64,000 nt of DNA from Candidatus Komeilibacteria bacterium CG11_big_fil_rev_8_21_14_0_20_36_20. Lineage in GTDB: Bacteria > Patescibacteriota > Patescibacteriia > UBA1558 > GWA2-36-10. The position numbers and the translations under genes were made by a program. Numbering within the stretch: the first letter of the stretch is position 1; each line of letters opens with the position of its first letter. Below the pieces are notes generated by a model. That model worked only from the letters and a program-made list of their open reading frames with translations. It made no database searches and had not been told where the DNA came from. The stretch lies in contig PCWQ01000012.1 in the NCBI GenBank assembly GCA_002787405.1, positions 76,458 to 140,457 of the forward strand, read 5' to 3'. This document shows positions 38,724 through 50,660 of this stretch, piece after piece.

Positions 38724-38747
38724 ATTAATAATATAAATTTTAAAAAT

Positions 38748-41700
38748 ATGCCAACCCCTTCTTCAACAAAAACAACATTTATGTCTAATGACAAAAACAT
38801 GGTGTTGGAGTTTGACGCTATTAAGTTAAAATTGGCTTCCCCGGAGACGATTAAGGAATGGTCTAAAGGAGAAGTTTTGAAGCCGGAGACTATTAATTAC
38901 CGCACTCAGAAGCCAGAAAAAGATGGATTATTTTGCGAAAAGATATTTGGACCAACTAAAGATTGGGAGTGTTATTGTGGTAAATATAAAAGAATTCGCT
39001 ACAAAGGCATTGTTTGTGATAAGTGTGGCGTAGAAGTGACTAGGTCAGTAGTCCGTCGTGAAAGAATGGGACATATTGAGTTAGCCACGCCAGTTTCTCA
39101 TATTTGGTTTTTGCGTGGCATTCCTTCAAAGATTGGCCTGATTCTAGATTTAAGTGTCCAGTCTTTAGAAAGGGTGATTTATTTTGCCTCTTTTATTATT
39201 ATCAATGTTGATGATGAAGGAAGAAAAGCTACAATAGAACAGATAAAGAAGGAATTGAAAAGCAAACGCAAACAAATTGATAATGAGTTTAATCAAAGGT
39301 CAGAAGAAATAAATAATCGCAAGAATAAATTATTGGCTGATGGTCAAGCTAAGAAAAAAGTTGACGAACAGATAGAGAAAGAGCTGATAAATTTAAATGT
39401 AGCTAAAATTGATAAAATAAAGAGTTTAGAAGAAGCAGCGGACACAGCTTTAAAGGAATTAAAAGAGCTCAAAGAAATGCAGATAATTTCCGAAACAAAA
39501 TATCAGGAATTATCTTTACGTTATGGTCACGTTTTTGAGGCTGGTATTGGAGCGGAAGCGGTGAGAAACCTATTAAAGAGAATTAATCTTAAGGAGCTAT
39601 CAGGCCATTTAGAAAAAGAAATCGAATCAGCTATTCCTTCTAAAAGGAATAAATTAATTAGAAGATCCAGATTAATCAAGAGTCTTCTTAAAAATAAAAT
39701 TAATCCAGAATGGATGATTTTTACCACCATTCCCGTTATTCCTCCTGACCTAAGACCGATGGTTCAGTTAGATGGCGGTCGTTTTGCCTCTTCTGATTTG
39801 AATGACTTATATCGTCGAGTAATTAATCGCAACAATCGTTTAAAAAGATTAAAGGAACTAAATGCTCCCGAGGTTATTCAGCGTAATGAAAAGCGGATGC
39901 TGCAAGAGGCAGTTGACGCCTTAATTGATAATAATGCTCGCCATGGTAAGACTATTACAGCTTCTACGGGACAGAAGAGGGCGCTTAAGAGTATTGCGGG
40001 TATGTTGAAAGGCAAACAAGGCCGTTTTCGTCAGAATTTATTAGGTAAACGAGTTGATTATTCCGGTCGCTCCGTTATTGTTATTGGGCCTCATCTTCGG
40101 CTTTATCAATGTGGTTTACCTAAGACTATGGCTTTAGAGCTTTTTAGGCCGTTTGTAATTTCTCAGTTAATTAAAGCAGAGATTGTTCATAATGTTCGGA
40201 GCGCTAATCGGTATATTGAAGCCGGACAACCTGAAGTCTGGGCTATTTTAGAGGATATAATTAAGGATGCTCACGTTATGCTTAATCGAGCTCCAACATT
40301 ACATCGTTTAGGTATTCAGGGTTTTCAGCCGGTTTTAATTGAAGGCAAAGCTATTCAATTGCATCCTTTAGTCTGTTCTGCTTTTAATGCTGATTTTGAT
40401 GGCGATCAAATGGCTGTACATGTTCCTTTAACGGAAGCAGCTAAAAAAGAAGTAGCTGGAATAATGCTCGCTTCTAATAATTTATTAAAACCAGCCACCG
40501 GTGACCCAGTAGTTGTGCCCAACCAAGACATTGTCTGGGGAAGTTATTATTTGACCTATATAAATCCTAAAGCTGAGATGAAGAAAATTTTTAGTGATGA
40601 AGCTGAGGCCGAAAGAGCTTTTATTTTAGGTAATATTACTTTGCAGGATTTAGTTAAGGTTAGAATAGCTAGGAACAAAGATCAATTACTAGATACCTCT
40701 ATAGGGCGTATTCTTTTTAATAAAATCCTACCGGAAAAAATGGGGTATATTAATAAAACTTTAGATAAAAAGAGTTTAAAGAATATTGTAGCAGAAGCTT
40801 TCCGTTGTTTTTCTCATAACGAAACCATTGATCTTTTAGATAACATAAAAAATACCGCTTTTAAATATATTACTTCTTCGGGTTTATCATGGGGTATGGA
40901 TGATATTCCTAAACTTCACAGCAAGAAAGATCTTATTAAAGAAGGCGAAACAAAAATAGAAGAGATTAAGGAGCAATATAATAATGGCCTTTTAACTAAC
41001 AAAGAGAGATATGTGAAGGTGATTGAGGTTTGGGCCAATATTAAGAATCGCATCAGTGACCAGAGTAAGAATTTGTTTGATCCGAATAATTCAGTGGCTA
41101 GCATTATTGAATCAGGGGCACGAGGTTCATGGTCACAGATGATTCAAATTATGGGTATGAAGGGTCTGGTGATTAACCCAGCTGGCGATATTATTGAGTT
41201 ACCCGTTAAAGCTAACTTTCAGGAGGGTTTAGATGTTTTAGAATATTTTATTTCCACTCATGGTACCCGTAAAGGATTGTCGGATACAGCTCTTCGTACA
41301 GCTAATGCTGGTTATTTAACCAGGCGCTTAGTTGACGTGTCACAGGATGTAGTTGTTTTGGAAGGAGACTGTAAAGATAAAGAAGGGTTAATCATTGATA
41401 AGAATGATAGTAAATATGAATCGCTAGCTGAAAGAGCGGTTGGGCGCGTTTTATTAGAAACAATCAAAGATCCTTCTGGTAAGGAAGTAATTGCCCAAAG
41501 AGGAACTTTAATAACTAAAGAAGTTTCTGAAAAAATTGCCACAGTTAATCCGGAAACTATCAAAATAAGATCAGTGCTTTCTTGTAAATGTATACGAGGA
41601 GTCTGCCAAAAGTGTTATGGCTATGATTTAGGACATAACAACTTAGTAGAGTTAGGGGCAGCTGTTGGCATTGTGGCCGCTCAGAGTATTGGTGAACCTG

Positions 41701-42626
41701 GCACTCAATTAACCATGAGAACTTTTCATACTGGTGGTGTGGCTGAAGGAGATATCACCCAAGGTCTACCCCGGGTAGAAGAATTATTTGAAGCGCGTAT
41801 ACCCAAGAAAAAAGCCATGTTAGCACCAGTGGCCGGCATTGTCAGCATCAAAGAAGATAATAAATTAATTAGTAAAGATCAGAGAATAATTAAAATTCAG
41901 CCGCAAGGCACGCGGATTGCTAAATATGTTTTGGACCATGAGGACAAAATTAAGGTAGAAGATGGTCAGGAGGTCTCAAAAAATCAAGCGCTGCTAGCGA
42001 AAGATCAAGAAGAAATTAAATCCAGCTTATCAGGCATAGTTAAATTAACCGATAAAGAGCTACAGATTATCAGCTATAAAAATGAACCACAAGAGGTTAT
42101 TATTCCTTCTGGATATAATCTTTGGATTAAAAACAAAGATATAGTGGAAGAAGGGCAACAGTTGACTGAAGGTAGTATGGATTTACATGAATTATATGAC
42201 CTTAAGGGGCAATTAGCAGTGCAAAAATATATTATTAGAGAGATTAAACATATTTATTCTTCCCAAGGGCAGAATTTGAATGATAAACATGTTGAATTAA
42301 TTGTTAGACAGATGTTTTCCAGAATTATGGTGAGAGAGGTGGGAGATACAGAGCTTCTGCAGGGCGAACCAGTGACCCTTACGCAATTTAAAGAATCTAA
42401 TGAGAAGAGCAAGGGGAAAGAAGCCGAGGGCGACATATTATTATTAGGTATAACCAAAGCCGCTTTAATGTCAGATTCATTTTTATCAGCTTCGTCTTTT
42501 CAGGAAACCTCACGAGTTCTTATAGACGCCGCTATTACTGGTCGGGTAGATCACTTAAGAGGCCTTAAAGAGAATGTGATTATTGGGCGTAAAATTCCAG
42601 CCGGCACCGGATTTAAAAAGAAGTAA
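38748..42626 (+). CDS. rpoC: RNA polymerase beta' subunit
   Basis: [36 protein letters not shown]. Confidence 0.99.
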   Translation: MPTPSSTKTTFMSNDKNMVLEFDAIKLKLASPETIKEWSKGEVLKPETINYRTQKPEKDGLFCEKIFGPTKDWECYCGKYKRIRYKGIVCDKCGVEVTRSVVRRERMGHIELATPVSHIWFLRGIPSKIGLILDLSVQSLERVIYFASFIIINVDDEGRKATIEQIKKELKSKRKQIDNEFNQRSEEINNRKNKLLADGQAKKKVDEQIEKELINLNVAKIDKIKSLEEAADTALKELKELKEMQIISETKYQELSLRYGHVFEAGIGAEAVRNLLKRINLKELSGHLEKEIESAIPSKRNKLIRRSRLIKSLLKNKINPEWMIFTTIPVIPPDLRPMVQLDGGRFASSDLNDLYRRVINRNNRLKRLKELNAPEVIQRNEKRMLQEAVDALIDNNARHGKTITASTGQKRALKSIAGMLKGKQGRFRQNLLGKRVDYSGRSVIVIGPHLRLYQCGLPKTMALELFRPFVISQLIKAEIVHNVRSANRYIEAGQPEVWAILEDIIKDAHVMLNRAPTLHRLGIQGFQPVLIEGKAIQLHPLVCSAFNADFDGDQMAVHVPLTEAAKKEVAGIMLASNNLLKPATGDPVVVPNQDIVWGSYYLTYINPKAEMKKIFSDEAEAERAFILGNITLQDLVKVRIARNKDQLLDTSIGRILFNKILPEKMGYINKTLDKKSLKNIVAEAFRCFSHNETIDLLDNIKNTAFKYITSSGLSWGMDDIPKLHSKKDLIKEGETKIEEIKEQYNNGLLTNKERYVKVIEVWANIKNRISDQSKNLFDPNNSVASIIESGARGSWSQMIQIMGMKGLVINPAGDIIELPVKANFQEGLDVLEYFISTHGTRKGLSDTALRTANAGYLTRRLVDVSQDVVVLEGDCKDKEGLIIDKNDSKYESLAERAVGRVLLETIKDPSGKEVIAQRGTLITKEVSEKIATVNPETIKIRSVLSCKCIRGVCQKCYGYDLGHNNLVELGAAVGIVAAQSIGEPGTQLTMRTFHTGGVAEGDITQGLPRVEELFEARIPKKKAMLAPVAGIVSIKEDNKLISKDQRIIKIQPQGTRIAKYVLDHEDKIKVEDGQEVSKNQALLAKDQEEIKSSLSGIVKLTDKELQIISYKNEPQEVIIPSGYNLWIKNKDIVEEGQQLTEGSMDLHELYDLKGQLAVQKYIIREIKHIYSSQGQNLNDKHVELIVRQMFSRIMVREVGDTELLQGEPVTLTQFKESNEKSKGKEAEGDILLLGITKAALMSDSFLSASSFQETSRVLIDAAITGRVDHLRGLKENVIIGRKIPAGTGFKKK

Positions 42627-42735
42627 AAATATTTTTCTTATAAAAGACCCTCAATTTAGAGGGTTTTTTATAATTACTAAGAGTTTATTTTTATAGTTAA
42701 ACATGGTAAAATATTAAAGATAATTAATCATAAAT

Positions 42736-44907
42736 ATGGTTAGAAGACGCAAAAGAAGACCCTCAAAACGTAAGTATGTTTACGAGGATGAGGAAGTGAT
42801 GGAACCATGGCAGATGAATCCGGACACTAAGAAAGCTATTTTTACTATTTTGATTTTTGCTTTGGCTTTTTTAAGTATTTTATCGATATTTAATTTGGCC
42901 GGCGCCTTTGGTCAGGCCTTGAATTTTGCTTTGGCTTATTTATTTGGGTGGGCTGATTGGCTTTTTATTCTAGTTCTACTGTCCTTAGGGTACCTTTTAT
43001 TAAGAAGTAGTCGTTATAAAGTCGGTTGGGCAAGTTATCTGGGCTTGTTTTTGATAATTCTTTCTTTTTCAGGGGCATTAAATTTTTTTATTAGAGAGTT
43101 TTCTTTCAAAGAAATAACCAGCGCTGGAACAGGCGGTGGCGCTTTGGGCTATATCGTAGGCAACCTGTTTTATAAATTTTTGGGTTTTTGGGGCTCTTTA
43201 GTTATATTATTAGCTATTTTTCTAACAGGTATTTTTTTAGCTTTTAATACTTCTTTTAAGGGAATGATTGAGCGAGCTAAAGCGCTTGGTATTTTAAAGG
43301 AAAAATTTTTACCAGATGATCAGGAATATGAAGAAGAGGACGAAGGAGAAGAGGACGAATTTGAGGTTGATGAGATAGCATCAGACGAAGGAGAAGTAGG
43401 AGAAAGAGATAAGGTGCCGAAAAAATTTCCTCATCAAAAAATTGTTATTCCTTTTAATTTGCTTCAACATTCTAACTCCAAACCTGATTCCGGCGATGTT
43501 CAGGCAAATATGAATAAGATTAAGAAGACTTTTGAAAATTTTGGCATTGAAGTAACTATGGGTGAAGTGAATGTTGGCCCAACAGTGACTCAATATACTT
43601 TGCGTCCGGCCGAAGGAGTTCGTTTAGCTCAAATGCTGACCTTGCAGAATGATTTATCCTTAGCATTAGCAGCGCACCCTTTGCGCATGGAAGCGCCTAT
43701 TCCTGGTAAATCTTTAGTAGGTATTGAAATGCCCAACCAAATTATTTCAATGGTCAAATTGAGGGATATTTTAGAAAGCAGCGCTTATGAAAAAAGAAAA
43801 AATAATTTGTATATTGCTTTAGGTAAGGATGTGGCTGGTCAGCCGATTATGGCTAATTTGGCGACTATGCCCCATTTATTAATTGCTGGCGCTACTGGCG
43901 CTGGAAAATCGGTGTGTATTAACAATATTATCTTGAGTTTGGTTTACCAAAATTCACCCGAGGAATTAAAATTTATTCTAATTGACCCAAAGAGAGTTGA
44001 TTTAACATCTTATGATCAGACACCCCATCTTTTGACGCCAGTCATTACAGAGACAGATAAGACCATTAATGCCTTGCGTTGGGTTGTTAAAGAAATGCAC
44101 GAAAGGTATAAACTTTTACAAGCTTCTGGCAAGAGAAATATTGATAGTTATAATAAGGCGGTTATAGTTAATAGAATGCCTTATATTGTAGTGATTGTTG
44201 ATGAATTTGCTGCTTTAATGTCTTTGGCGGCTAAGGAGGTGGAAGCGGCAATTATTAGTTTGGCCCAGATGGCTCGAGCGGTTGGTATCCATTTGGTTTT
44301 GGCTACTCAGCGGCCTTCGGTGGATGTTATTACAGGTTTAATTAAAGCCAATATTACTTCTCGTATAGCTTTTTTTGTGGCTTCGGCTACAGACTCTAAG
44401 ACCATTCTTGATTCATCTGGTGCGGAAAAGTTGTTAGGTCGGGGTGATATGTTATTTGTGACTGCCGAATCATCTAAACCTAAACGAATTCAAGGCGCCT
44501 ATGTTTCTGATGAAGAAATAAAAGTAGTGGTTGATTTTCTTAAAGAAAAAGCCGAGCCAGAATATAATGAAGCAGTGATTGAAAAAGAAATTAGGGGCAC
44601 GCCGGGCTTTATTGGCAACGGTGACTATGATGATGAACTAGCTCTAGAAGCCAAGGAAGTTGTTTTAAAAGCTGGTAAGGCCTCAGCTACTTTATTGCAA
44701 CGCCGGTTGAAGGTTGGCTATGCTCGAGCGGCTAGACTATTGGATATTTTAGAAGAGATGGGCGTCGTTGGTTCTTCGGAGGGGTCTAAGCCACGCGAGG
44801 TTTTAATATCTCAAGATGATTTGGAAGACAATTTTTCCTCTTCACTTGATGAAGATGAGGGAGACGAGCAAGAGCATGAGGATGACGATCAAGAGGAGGG
44901 GGATTAA
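42736..44907 (+). CDS. ftsK: DNA translocase FtsK/SpoIIIE
   Basis: 4-TM N-terminus, PHLLIAGATGAGKS, LATQRPS, GAEKLLGRGDML, gamma domain LQRRLKVGYARAARL. Confidence 0.96.
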   Translation: MVRRRKRRPSKRKYVYEDEEVMEPWQMNPDTKKAIFTILIFALAFLSILSIFNLAGAFGQALNFALAYLFGWADWLFILVLLSLGYLLLRSSRYKVGWASYLGLFLIILSFSGALNFFIREFSFKEITSAGTGGGALGYIVGNLFYKFLGFWGSLVILLAIFLTGIFLAFNTSFKGMIERAKALGILKEKFLPDDQEYEEEDEGEEDEFEVDEIASDEGEVGERDKVPKKFPHQKIVIPFNLLQHSNSKPDSGDVQANMNKIKKTFENFGIEVTMGEVNVGPTVTQYTLRPAEGVRLAQMLTLQNDLSLALAAHPLRMEAPIPGKSLVGIEMPNQIISMVKLRDILESSAYEKRKNNLYIALGKDVAGQPIMANLATMPHLLIAGATGAGKSVCINNIILSLVYQNSPEELKFILIDPKRVDLTSYDQTPHLLTPVITETDKTINALRWVVKEMHERYKLLQASGKRNIDSYNKAVIVNRMPYIVVIVDEFAALMSLAAKEVEAAIISLAQMARAVGIHLVLATQRPSVDVITGLIKANITSRIAFFVASATDSKTILDSSGAEKLLGRGDMLFVTAESSKPKRIQGAYVSDEEIKVVVDFLKEKAEPEYNEAVIEKEIRGTPGFIGNGDYDDELALEAKEVVLKAGKASATLLQRRLKVGYARAARLLDILEEMGVVGSSEGSKPREVLISQDDLEDNFSSSLDEDEGDEQEHEDDDQEEGD

Positions 44908-44922
44908 GCAGTTTTTTGGAGT

Positions 44923-45600
44923 ATGAGTAAATTTAAAAAGAAAACGATTAGTAAAGGGCAGACTTTAGCCGACAAATTAAGAAAAGCGCGCTTAGATAAG
45001 AATGTATCCTTAGAAGAAGTGCAGTCAGCTATTAAAGTGCAAACTAGATATCTTGATATATTAGAGAACGGGCAGTATGATCAGCTGCCCGGTGATATCT
45101 ATACTAAGGCCTGGATAAAATTATATGCAGATTTTTTAGATTTACCCAGCAGTGAATTGTTGGCTGATTATAATATTGAAAAAAATATTAGTCATAAGAT
45201 TAAAAAATTTGAGAATCAAGAGCCAAACACAAAAAAGTACAGATTTAGTTTTCTCAGGCCCAGATATTTAAAAATATTTATAATTATTTTAGTGGTGGCT
45301 AGCTTGCTTGGGTATTTAGGATTTGAGTTGATTAATATTGTTGCTCCACCTAAAATTATTATTTTGGAGCCGACTAATAATTTAAAAACCACCGAAAGCA
45401 GTATTAGCATTGTTGGCTCAACTGAAGCAGAAGTGCAGCTGACCATTAACGATGAAACTATTGTTCTAGATGACCAAGGAAATTTCAACCAAAGTATTAA
45501 TTTAGCCGTTGGCTTGAATAATTTACAGATAAGTGCTAAAAAGAAACATAGTAGAACCAGAGAGTTAGAGTTAGTTATTTTAAGAGAGGTTTTGGAATAA
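44923..45600 (+). CDS. RodZ-like HTH-TM protein with C-terminal Ig-like domain
   Basis: LRKAR...YLDILENG.YDQLPG.IY...YA.FL; TM helix; beta-rich C-terminus. Confidence 0.8.
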   Translation: MSKFKKKTISKGQTLADKLRKARLDKNVSLEEVQSAIKVQTRYLDILENGQYDQLPGDIYTKAWIKLYADFLDLPSSELLADYNIEKNISHKIKKFENQEPNTKKYRFSFLRPRYLKIFIIILVVASLLGYLGFELINIVAPPKIIILEPTNNLKTTESSISIVGSTEAEVQLTINDETIVLDDQGNFNQSINLAVGLNNLQISAKKKHSRTRELELVILREVLE

Positions 45601-45652
45601 ATAATTATTAAGGCAAGTGAGACAGGCTAGTTTGCTAAAGAAAGTAAAAAAT

Positions 45653-46666
45653 ATGGCTAAACAAGATAAATCAAAAGAAAAATTTGATCAGGCAATAAAG
45701 ACAGCTATTGATCAAATACGCAGTCGTTTTGGCGAGGGGTCCATTATGAATTTAGGTGATGCTAAAGCCATGGATGTTGACGCTATTAGTACTGGTTGTT
45801 TGTCTTTAGATATTGCTTTGGGTATTGGTGGAGTGCCAAAGGGAAGAATTATAGAGATCTATGGTCCAGAAGCATCTGGTAAAACAACCTTGGCGCAGCA
45901 CATTGTGGCTGAAGTGCAAAAACAAGGCGGAGTAGCCGCTTTTGTTGATGCTGAACATGCTTTAGATCCTGAATATGCTAAGAGGATTGGCGTCAATATT
46001 AATGAGTTGTTAATTTCTCAGCCAGACACAGGCGAACAAGCTTTAGAAATTGTGGAGACATTGGTGCGTTCCGGCGGAGTGGAGGCAATAGTGATAGACT
46101 CAGTGGCGGCTCTAGTGCCTAAAGCAGAGATTGAAGGTGATATGGGAGATTCCCATATGGGGTTACAAGCTAGATTGATGAGTCAGGCTCTGCGTAAATT
46201 AGCCGGTATTGTTAGCAAGAGCCACACCAGCGTTATTTTTATTAATCAGATCAGAATGAAGATTGGTGTATTTTTCGGCAATCCAGAAACCACGCCGGGT
46301 GGTAACGCTTTAAAGTTTTATTCATCAGTCAGAATTGAAGTAAGACGTTCGGCTCAAATTAAGCAAGGTGAGAAAATTATTGGTAATCAGGTTAAAGCTA
46401 AAGTAGTAAAAAATAAAGTGGCCGCTCCTTTTCGGACAACTGTTTTTGATATTATGTATAATGAAGGTATTTCGGTTGCGGGGGATATTTTAGACACCGG
46501 TTTAGCTTTTAATGTTATTACTAAAGCAGGTAATACTTATTCTTACGGGGAAATAAAATTAGGGATTGGTCGAGAGAATGCTAAAGGGTATCTCCGAGAA
46601 AATCCAAAACTAATTGCCGAGTTAAAAAAGAAGATTTGGACCGAGTATAAATCAGCAGAAGTTTAA
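45653..46666 (+). CDS. recA: Recombinase A
   Basis: [37 protein letters not shown]. Confidence 0.99.
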   Translation: MAKQDKSKEKFDQAIKTAIDQIRSRFGEGSIMNLGDAKAMDVDAISTGCLSLDIALGIGGVPKGRIIEIYGPEASGKTTLAQHIVAEVQKQGGVAAFVDAEHALDPEYAKRIGVNINELLISQPDTGEQALEIVETLVRSGGVEAIVIDSVAALVPKAEIEGDMGDSHMGLQARLMSQALRKLAGIVSKSHTSVIFINQIRMKIGVFFGNPETTPGGNALKFYSSVRIEVRRSAQIKQGEKIIGNQVKAKVVKNKVAAPFRTTVFDIMYNEGISVAGDILDTGLAFNVITKAGNTYSYGEIKLGIGRENAKGYLRENPKLIAELKKKIWTEYKSAEV

Positions 46667-46668
46667 TT

Positions 46669-46748
46669 TTACCCCCTCTCTTCCCGCCTTGCCGGCAGGC
46701 AGGTCTTCTCTAATTTAGGGGGAGATGTCCGAAGGACAGAAGGGGTAT
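46669..46748. repeat. REP-like palindrome with a nested CCGCCTTGCCGGCAGGCAGG unit
   Basis: TACCCC..TCT / AGA..GGGGTA arms; internal TGTCC-GAA-GGACA hairpin. Confidence 0.65.
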
Positions 46749-46812
46749 TTAAAAACAATCCTCTTAAAACGGGATTGTTTTTTTTAGCTCTAATTAGTAT
46801 GATATAAGATAT

Positions 46813-48240
46813 ATGTCAATCGCTAATAAAATTTTTACTAATACTCTTTGGCAGGTTATTATTCGAGCCGTTAATATTTTAGTTGGAATTTTTAATTTAG
46901 CTTTAATAATCAGACTTTTAGGGCTGACTGGTTTTGGTTTTTATACTACGATTTTTGCTTTTGTGCAGATTTTTATGATTCTAGCTGACTTAGGATTATA
47001 TATGACTTTACTTCGAGAAGTGTCAGCTGTAGAAGGTAGAGAAAAAGAAAATAAAATAGTCAATAATATTTTTACGATTCGTTTTATTGCTTCATTGATA
47101 ATTTTAGTAATCACTCCGATTGTAATTCAGTTTTTTCCTTATGATCCAGCTGTTAAGACGGGCATTATTTATTTTGTAGCGGCTCTTTTCTTCCAGAGCT
47201 TAATTTCTACTTTAACGGCAGTTTTTTCTAAAAAATTAGCAATACCTAAAGTAGCTATGGTTGATTTGTTTAGTAAAGTTTTATATTTTGTTTTATTATT
47301 TTATTTATTTGAAGCCAAGGGATCTTTAAATATGGTTTTAGGTGTGCACTCTTTTGTTTATTTAATTAGCTTTATTCTCTTTTATTTATTCTTAAAAAAA
47401 TATATTACACTAAGATTTGCTTGGGATTTTTCCTACTGGAAAAAAGTTTTTCATTATACTTGGCCTTTAGCCATTACCGTAATTTTAAATTTAGTTTATT
47501 TTAAATTTGATATTTTGATTTTATCAGCTTATCATAGTCCGACGGATGTTGGTTTATATGGAGCCCCTTATAAAATTTTGGAAGTATTAACTACTTTCCC
47601 ACATATGTTTATGAGTTTGATTTTGCCGTTGTTTACCGCTGCCTGGATCAGTAAAAACTTAGATAGATTAAAAAAAATCTGGCAGCATACTTTTGATTTT
47701 TTTAGTATTATCAGCATAGGCATGATGGTGAGCATTTGGTTAATTAGCAAGCCTTTAATGATCCTTTTAGCAGGTGAAGAATTTGCAGCTTCCGGCGATA
47801 TTTTAAATGTTTTGATTGTAGCCACAGCTATGATTTTCTTCGGCACTTTATTTACTTATTTAGTAGTCGCTTTGCGATTACAAAAACAAATGATTAAATA
47901 TTTTCTAGTAGCCGCTGTAGTTGGCGTAGCTGGTTATTTTATTTTTATTCCTAAATTTTCTTATTGGGGGGCTGCTTATATGACTTTGGTGGTTGAAGCT
48001 ATGATTTGGTATTTTGCTTATTTATTAATTAAAAAACACTTGGCAATTAAATTAAATTATAGGGTATTTTATAAAAGTATTTTAGCTGGCATTTTAGCTT
48101 TATTAATTGGCTGGCAATTTAAAGAATTCAATATAATTTTAACGGTTATTGTAGCTGTTATTATTTATTCGGCGGTTTTATTTTTTACTAGAGCTATCGA
48201 TAAGACTTCACTTAAAAGTTTATTTAATCGTAAAGCATAA
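46813..48240 (+). CDS. Polysaccharide flippase (Wzx/MOP family)
   Basis: About 14 TM helices, FGFY...ADLGL..., D..ILS...VGLYGAPYK. Confidence 0.88.
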   Translation: MSIANKIFTNTLWQVIIRAVNILVGIFNLALIIRLLGLTGFGFYTTIFAFVQIFMILADLGLYMTLLREVSAVEGREKENKIVNNIFTIRFIASLIILVITPIVIQFFPYDPAVKTGIIYFVAALFFQSLISTLTAVFSKKLAIPKVAMVDLFSKVLYFVLLFYLFEAKGSLNMVLGVHSFVYLISFILFYLFLKKYITLRFAWDFSYWKKVFHYTWPLAITVILNLVYFKFDILILSAYHSPTDVGLYGAPYKILEVLTTFPHMFMSLILPLFTAAWISKNLDRLKKIWQHTFDFFSIISIGMMVSIWLISKPLMILLAGEEFAASGDILNVLIVATAMIFFGTLFTYLVVALRLQKQMIKYFLVAAVVGVAGYFIFIPKFSYWGAAYMTLVVEAMIWYFAYLLIKKHLAIKLNYRVFYKSILAGILALLIGWQFKEFNIILTVIVAVIIYSAVLFFTRAIDKTSLKSLFNRKA

Positions 48241-49547
48241 TGACTTGGATTTTATTAATTCTATTATTAGCCACTTTTGTATATTTTAGTTATCGCCGTC
48301 CACTTTTGGGGTTGGTTGGTATTATTGTTTTATTACCAAGCTATTTATGGCGCATATCTTTATTTGGTCTGCCCACTACTTTTTTAGAATTAATGATAAT
48401 CTCTTTATTTATTATTTGGCTGATTAAAGATAAAAAATATTCTAAAATAAAGTTTTCTTTTAAAAAGAATTTAGCTAACAAATTAGAACCGGTTATCAGA
48501 ATATTATTGTTTTTATGGCTAGCTGTTAGCTTGATTGCTTTAGCAGTCAATCCAACTCAAGCTGCTCTTGGTTTATGGAGAGCTTATTGGTTGGAACCAA
48601 TGATGTTTTTTCTAGTTTTTATTTATTCAGTTAATAGTAAACAAGATTTAAGAATAATATTTAAAGCGGCTGGGGTATTAGTTGTTGGGCTTTTTTTAAT
48701 AACGGTTTATCAATATTTTACAGGGTGGAATTTACCCTCAGAATATAACTGGCCTAATATCAGAAGAAGCACAGCAATTTTTTCTTATCCTAATGCTTTA
48801 AGTTTATTGACGGCAGCTTTTACAGCATTTTTTATAGGGTTATGGGCTGCAGCTAAAAACAAGATAAAAGATTTTTGGTGTTTAATAGTTTTTATTTTTG
48901 GTTTGTGGATGATTTTTTTGGCAGTGAGCGAGGGAGCGATGGTAGCTATTGGGGCAAGTTTATTTTTTTGGCTAATTTTAGCTAAAAAAATAAGAAAATT
49001 TGGTATTCCCATAATAGCGGCAGCTTTATTGTTAATAATTTTTCTTTTGCCAGTTACTCAATATTTTAATAATTTTAAACAGCAATTATTTCAGCCCGAA
49101 TTAAATTTACAAGCCACTTCTTTGGAAATTCGTAGCAGTCAGTGGCAAGAAACTTGGTCTATGCTACAAGATAATTTAATTTTTGGTTCAGGAATTTATG
49201 GTTATCAAGACAAGATGCTTAATTATCATCATTATGAATGGTTGGAAATTTATTTATATTCACATAATATCTTTTTAAATTTTTGGGCAGAGATTGGTTT
49301 ATTTGGTTTAATAATTTTTTTAGCCATAATGTTGTATATAGTTGTAGTCCTAAGAAAATTATTTATTGGCAAGAGTGAATTGGCCTGGCCATTAACTTTA
49401 ATGTGGTTAACTTGGTTTGTGCAAGGATTGGTAGATGTTCCCTATTTTAAAAATGATCTGAGTATCTTATTTTTTCTTTTTCTAGGCATTACTTTATTTG
49501 CGCAAGAGCAATTAAATATTAAAGAAAGTGGTTTACATAAAACATAA
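48240..49547 (+). CDS. O-antigen ligase / O-oligosaccharyltransferase family protein
   Basis: Multi-TM; R....F.YPN, SLEIR..W, G.G, YSHNIFLNFWAEIGLFG. Confidence 0.85.
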   Translation: MTWILLILLLATFVYFSYRRPLLGLVGIIVLLPSYLWRISLFGLPTTFLELMIISLFIIWLIKDKKYSKIKFSFKKNLANKLEPVIRILLFLWLAVSLIALAVNPTQAALGLWRAYWLEPMMFFLVFIYSVNSKQDLRIIFKAAGVLVVGLFLITVYQYFTGWNLPSEYNWPNIRRSTAIFSYPNALSLLTAAFTAFFIGLWAAAKNKIKDFWCLIVFIFGLWMIFLAVSEGAMVAIGASLFFWLILAKKIRKFGIPIIAAALLLIIFLLPVTQYFNNFKQQLFQPELNLQATSLEIRSSQWQETWSMLQDNLIFGSGIYGYQDKMLNYHHYEWLEIYLYSHNIFLNFWAEIGLFGLIIFLAIMLYIVVVLRKLFIGKSELAWPLTLMWLTWFVQGLVDVPYFKNDLSILFFLFLGITLFAQEQLNIKESGLHKT

Positions 49548-49571
49548 TTTTTAGTATAATATAGACATGAA

Positions 49572-49798
49572 TCTCGTTAGAAATTTACTAAATCTAACGG
49601 GGGTAGAAGAAATATACCAACTGTCATTCCCACTCCGCATCAAGTGCGGAATAAACTCCAGCGTAAATCTAAAAACTTGTATATTCTGAATCCCTACCTA
49701 CTCCTAGAGTCTGAGCGATCTCGGAGCCGAAGATTGGTAGGCAGGAAACCAAGAATGACGAAATATAATAAAATTGATAAATTAAATTTTTAACGGGA
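49572..49798. mobile_element. MITE-like composite insertion at the galU start codon
   Basis: Imperfect TIRs TCTCGTTAGAAATTT / AAATTTTTAACGGGA, flanking ATGAA direct repeat, nested palindromes. Confidence 0.6.
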
Positions 49799-50658
49799 TG
49801 AAAAAAATCCGCAAAGCCGTTATTCCAGTGGCCGGTTTAGGCACTCGTTTTTTACCAGCCACCAAAGCTCAACCAAAAGAAATGCTACCTTTGGTTGATA
49901 AACCAATTATTCAATATATTGTAGAAGAGGCCGTAGCCGCTGGGATTGAGCAGATAATTTTTGTTACTTCTTCAACTAAAAGAGCAATTGAGGATCACTT
50001 TGATCGTAGTTTTGAGTTGGAATATAGATTACGGCAAAAAGATAAAGAAAAAGAACTATCAGATCTACTTAAGATCTCTGATATGGCTAACTTTGTCTAT
50101 ATTCGTCAGAAAACACCAAGAGGGCTGGGTCACGCCATCTATACTGCTAGGCAGGTAGTAGGCAATGAGCCATTTGCTGTTTTATTAGGCGATGATATTA
50201 TTGACGCCAAGGTGCCAGCTATTAAACAGTTGATGAATGTTTATAATAAATACGGAGATATTGTAGTTGGGGTGACTAAAGTGCCTAAAAAAGAGACCGG
50301 AAAATATGGCATCGTTGATCCTCTGCCAATTAGTGAGCGGGTAGTCGAAATTAAAAGAATTGTTGAAAAACCACAGCCAGCCAAGGCGCCTTCCAATCTC
50401 GCTGTCACTGGTCGTTATATTTTGACTCCGGAAATTTTTGACATTTTAGCCAATTTAAAGCCTGGTGCTGGTAATGAAATTCAGTTGACTGATGCCATGG
50501 CCAAGCATATCAAAAAACGGGCTGGCTATGCCTCCATTTATCAAGGTACGTATTACGATTGTGGCAATAAAATAGAATTTATCAAGGCGATTATAAATCT
50601 TGCTCTTAAAAGAAAGGAATTCAACGGAGCTTTAAAAAAATATTTAAAAAATATTTAA
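49798..50658 (+). CDS. galU: UTP-glucose-1-phosphate uridylyltransferase
   Basis: KAVIPVAGLGTRFLPATKAQPKEMLP, GLGHA, VEKP, EIQLTDA. Confidence 0.96.
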   Translation: MKKIRKAVIPVAGLGTRFLPATKAQPKEMLPLVDKPIIQYIVEEAVAAGIEQIIFVTSSTKRAIEDHFDRSFELEYRLRQKDKEKELSDLLKISDMANFVYIRQKTPRGLGHAIYTARQVVGNEPFAVLLGDDIIDAKVPAIKQLMNVYNKYGDIVVGVTKVPKKETGKYGIVDPLPISERVVEIKRIVEKPQPAKAPSNLAVTGRYILTPEIFDILANLKPGAGNEIQLTDAMAKHIKKRAGYASIYQGTYYDCGNKIEFIKAIINLALKRKEFNGALKKYLKNI

Positions 50659-50660
50659 TC

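Noticed and set aside
35289-42626. Inteins or introns in rpoB/rpoC
   Set aside because: Frames are continuous, lengths are ordinary, and no intein splice motifs are visible
45617-45652. GTG-extended recA start; likewise the extended starts at 31243, 51967, 59652 and 61704
   Set aside because: Downstream ATGs (45653, 31249, 52021, 59571, 61722) fit the family N-termini or operon packing better
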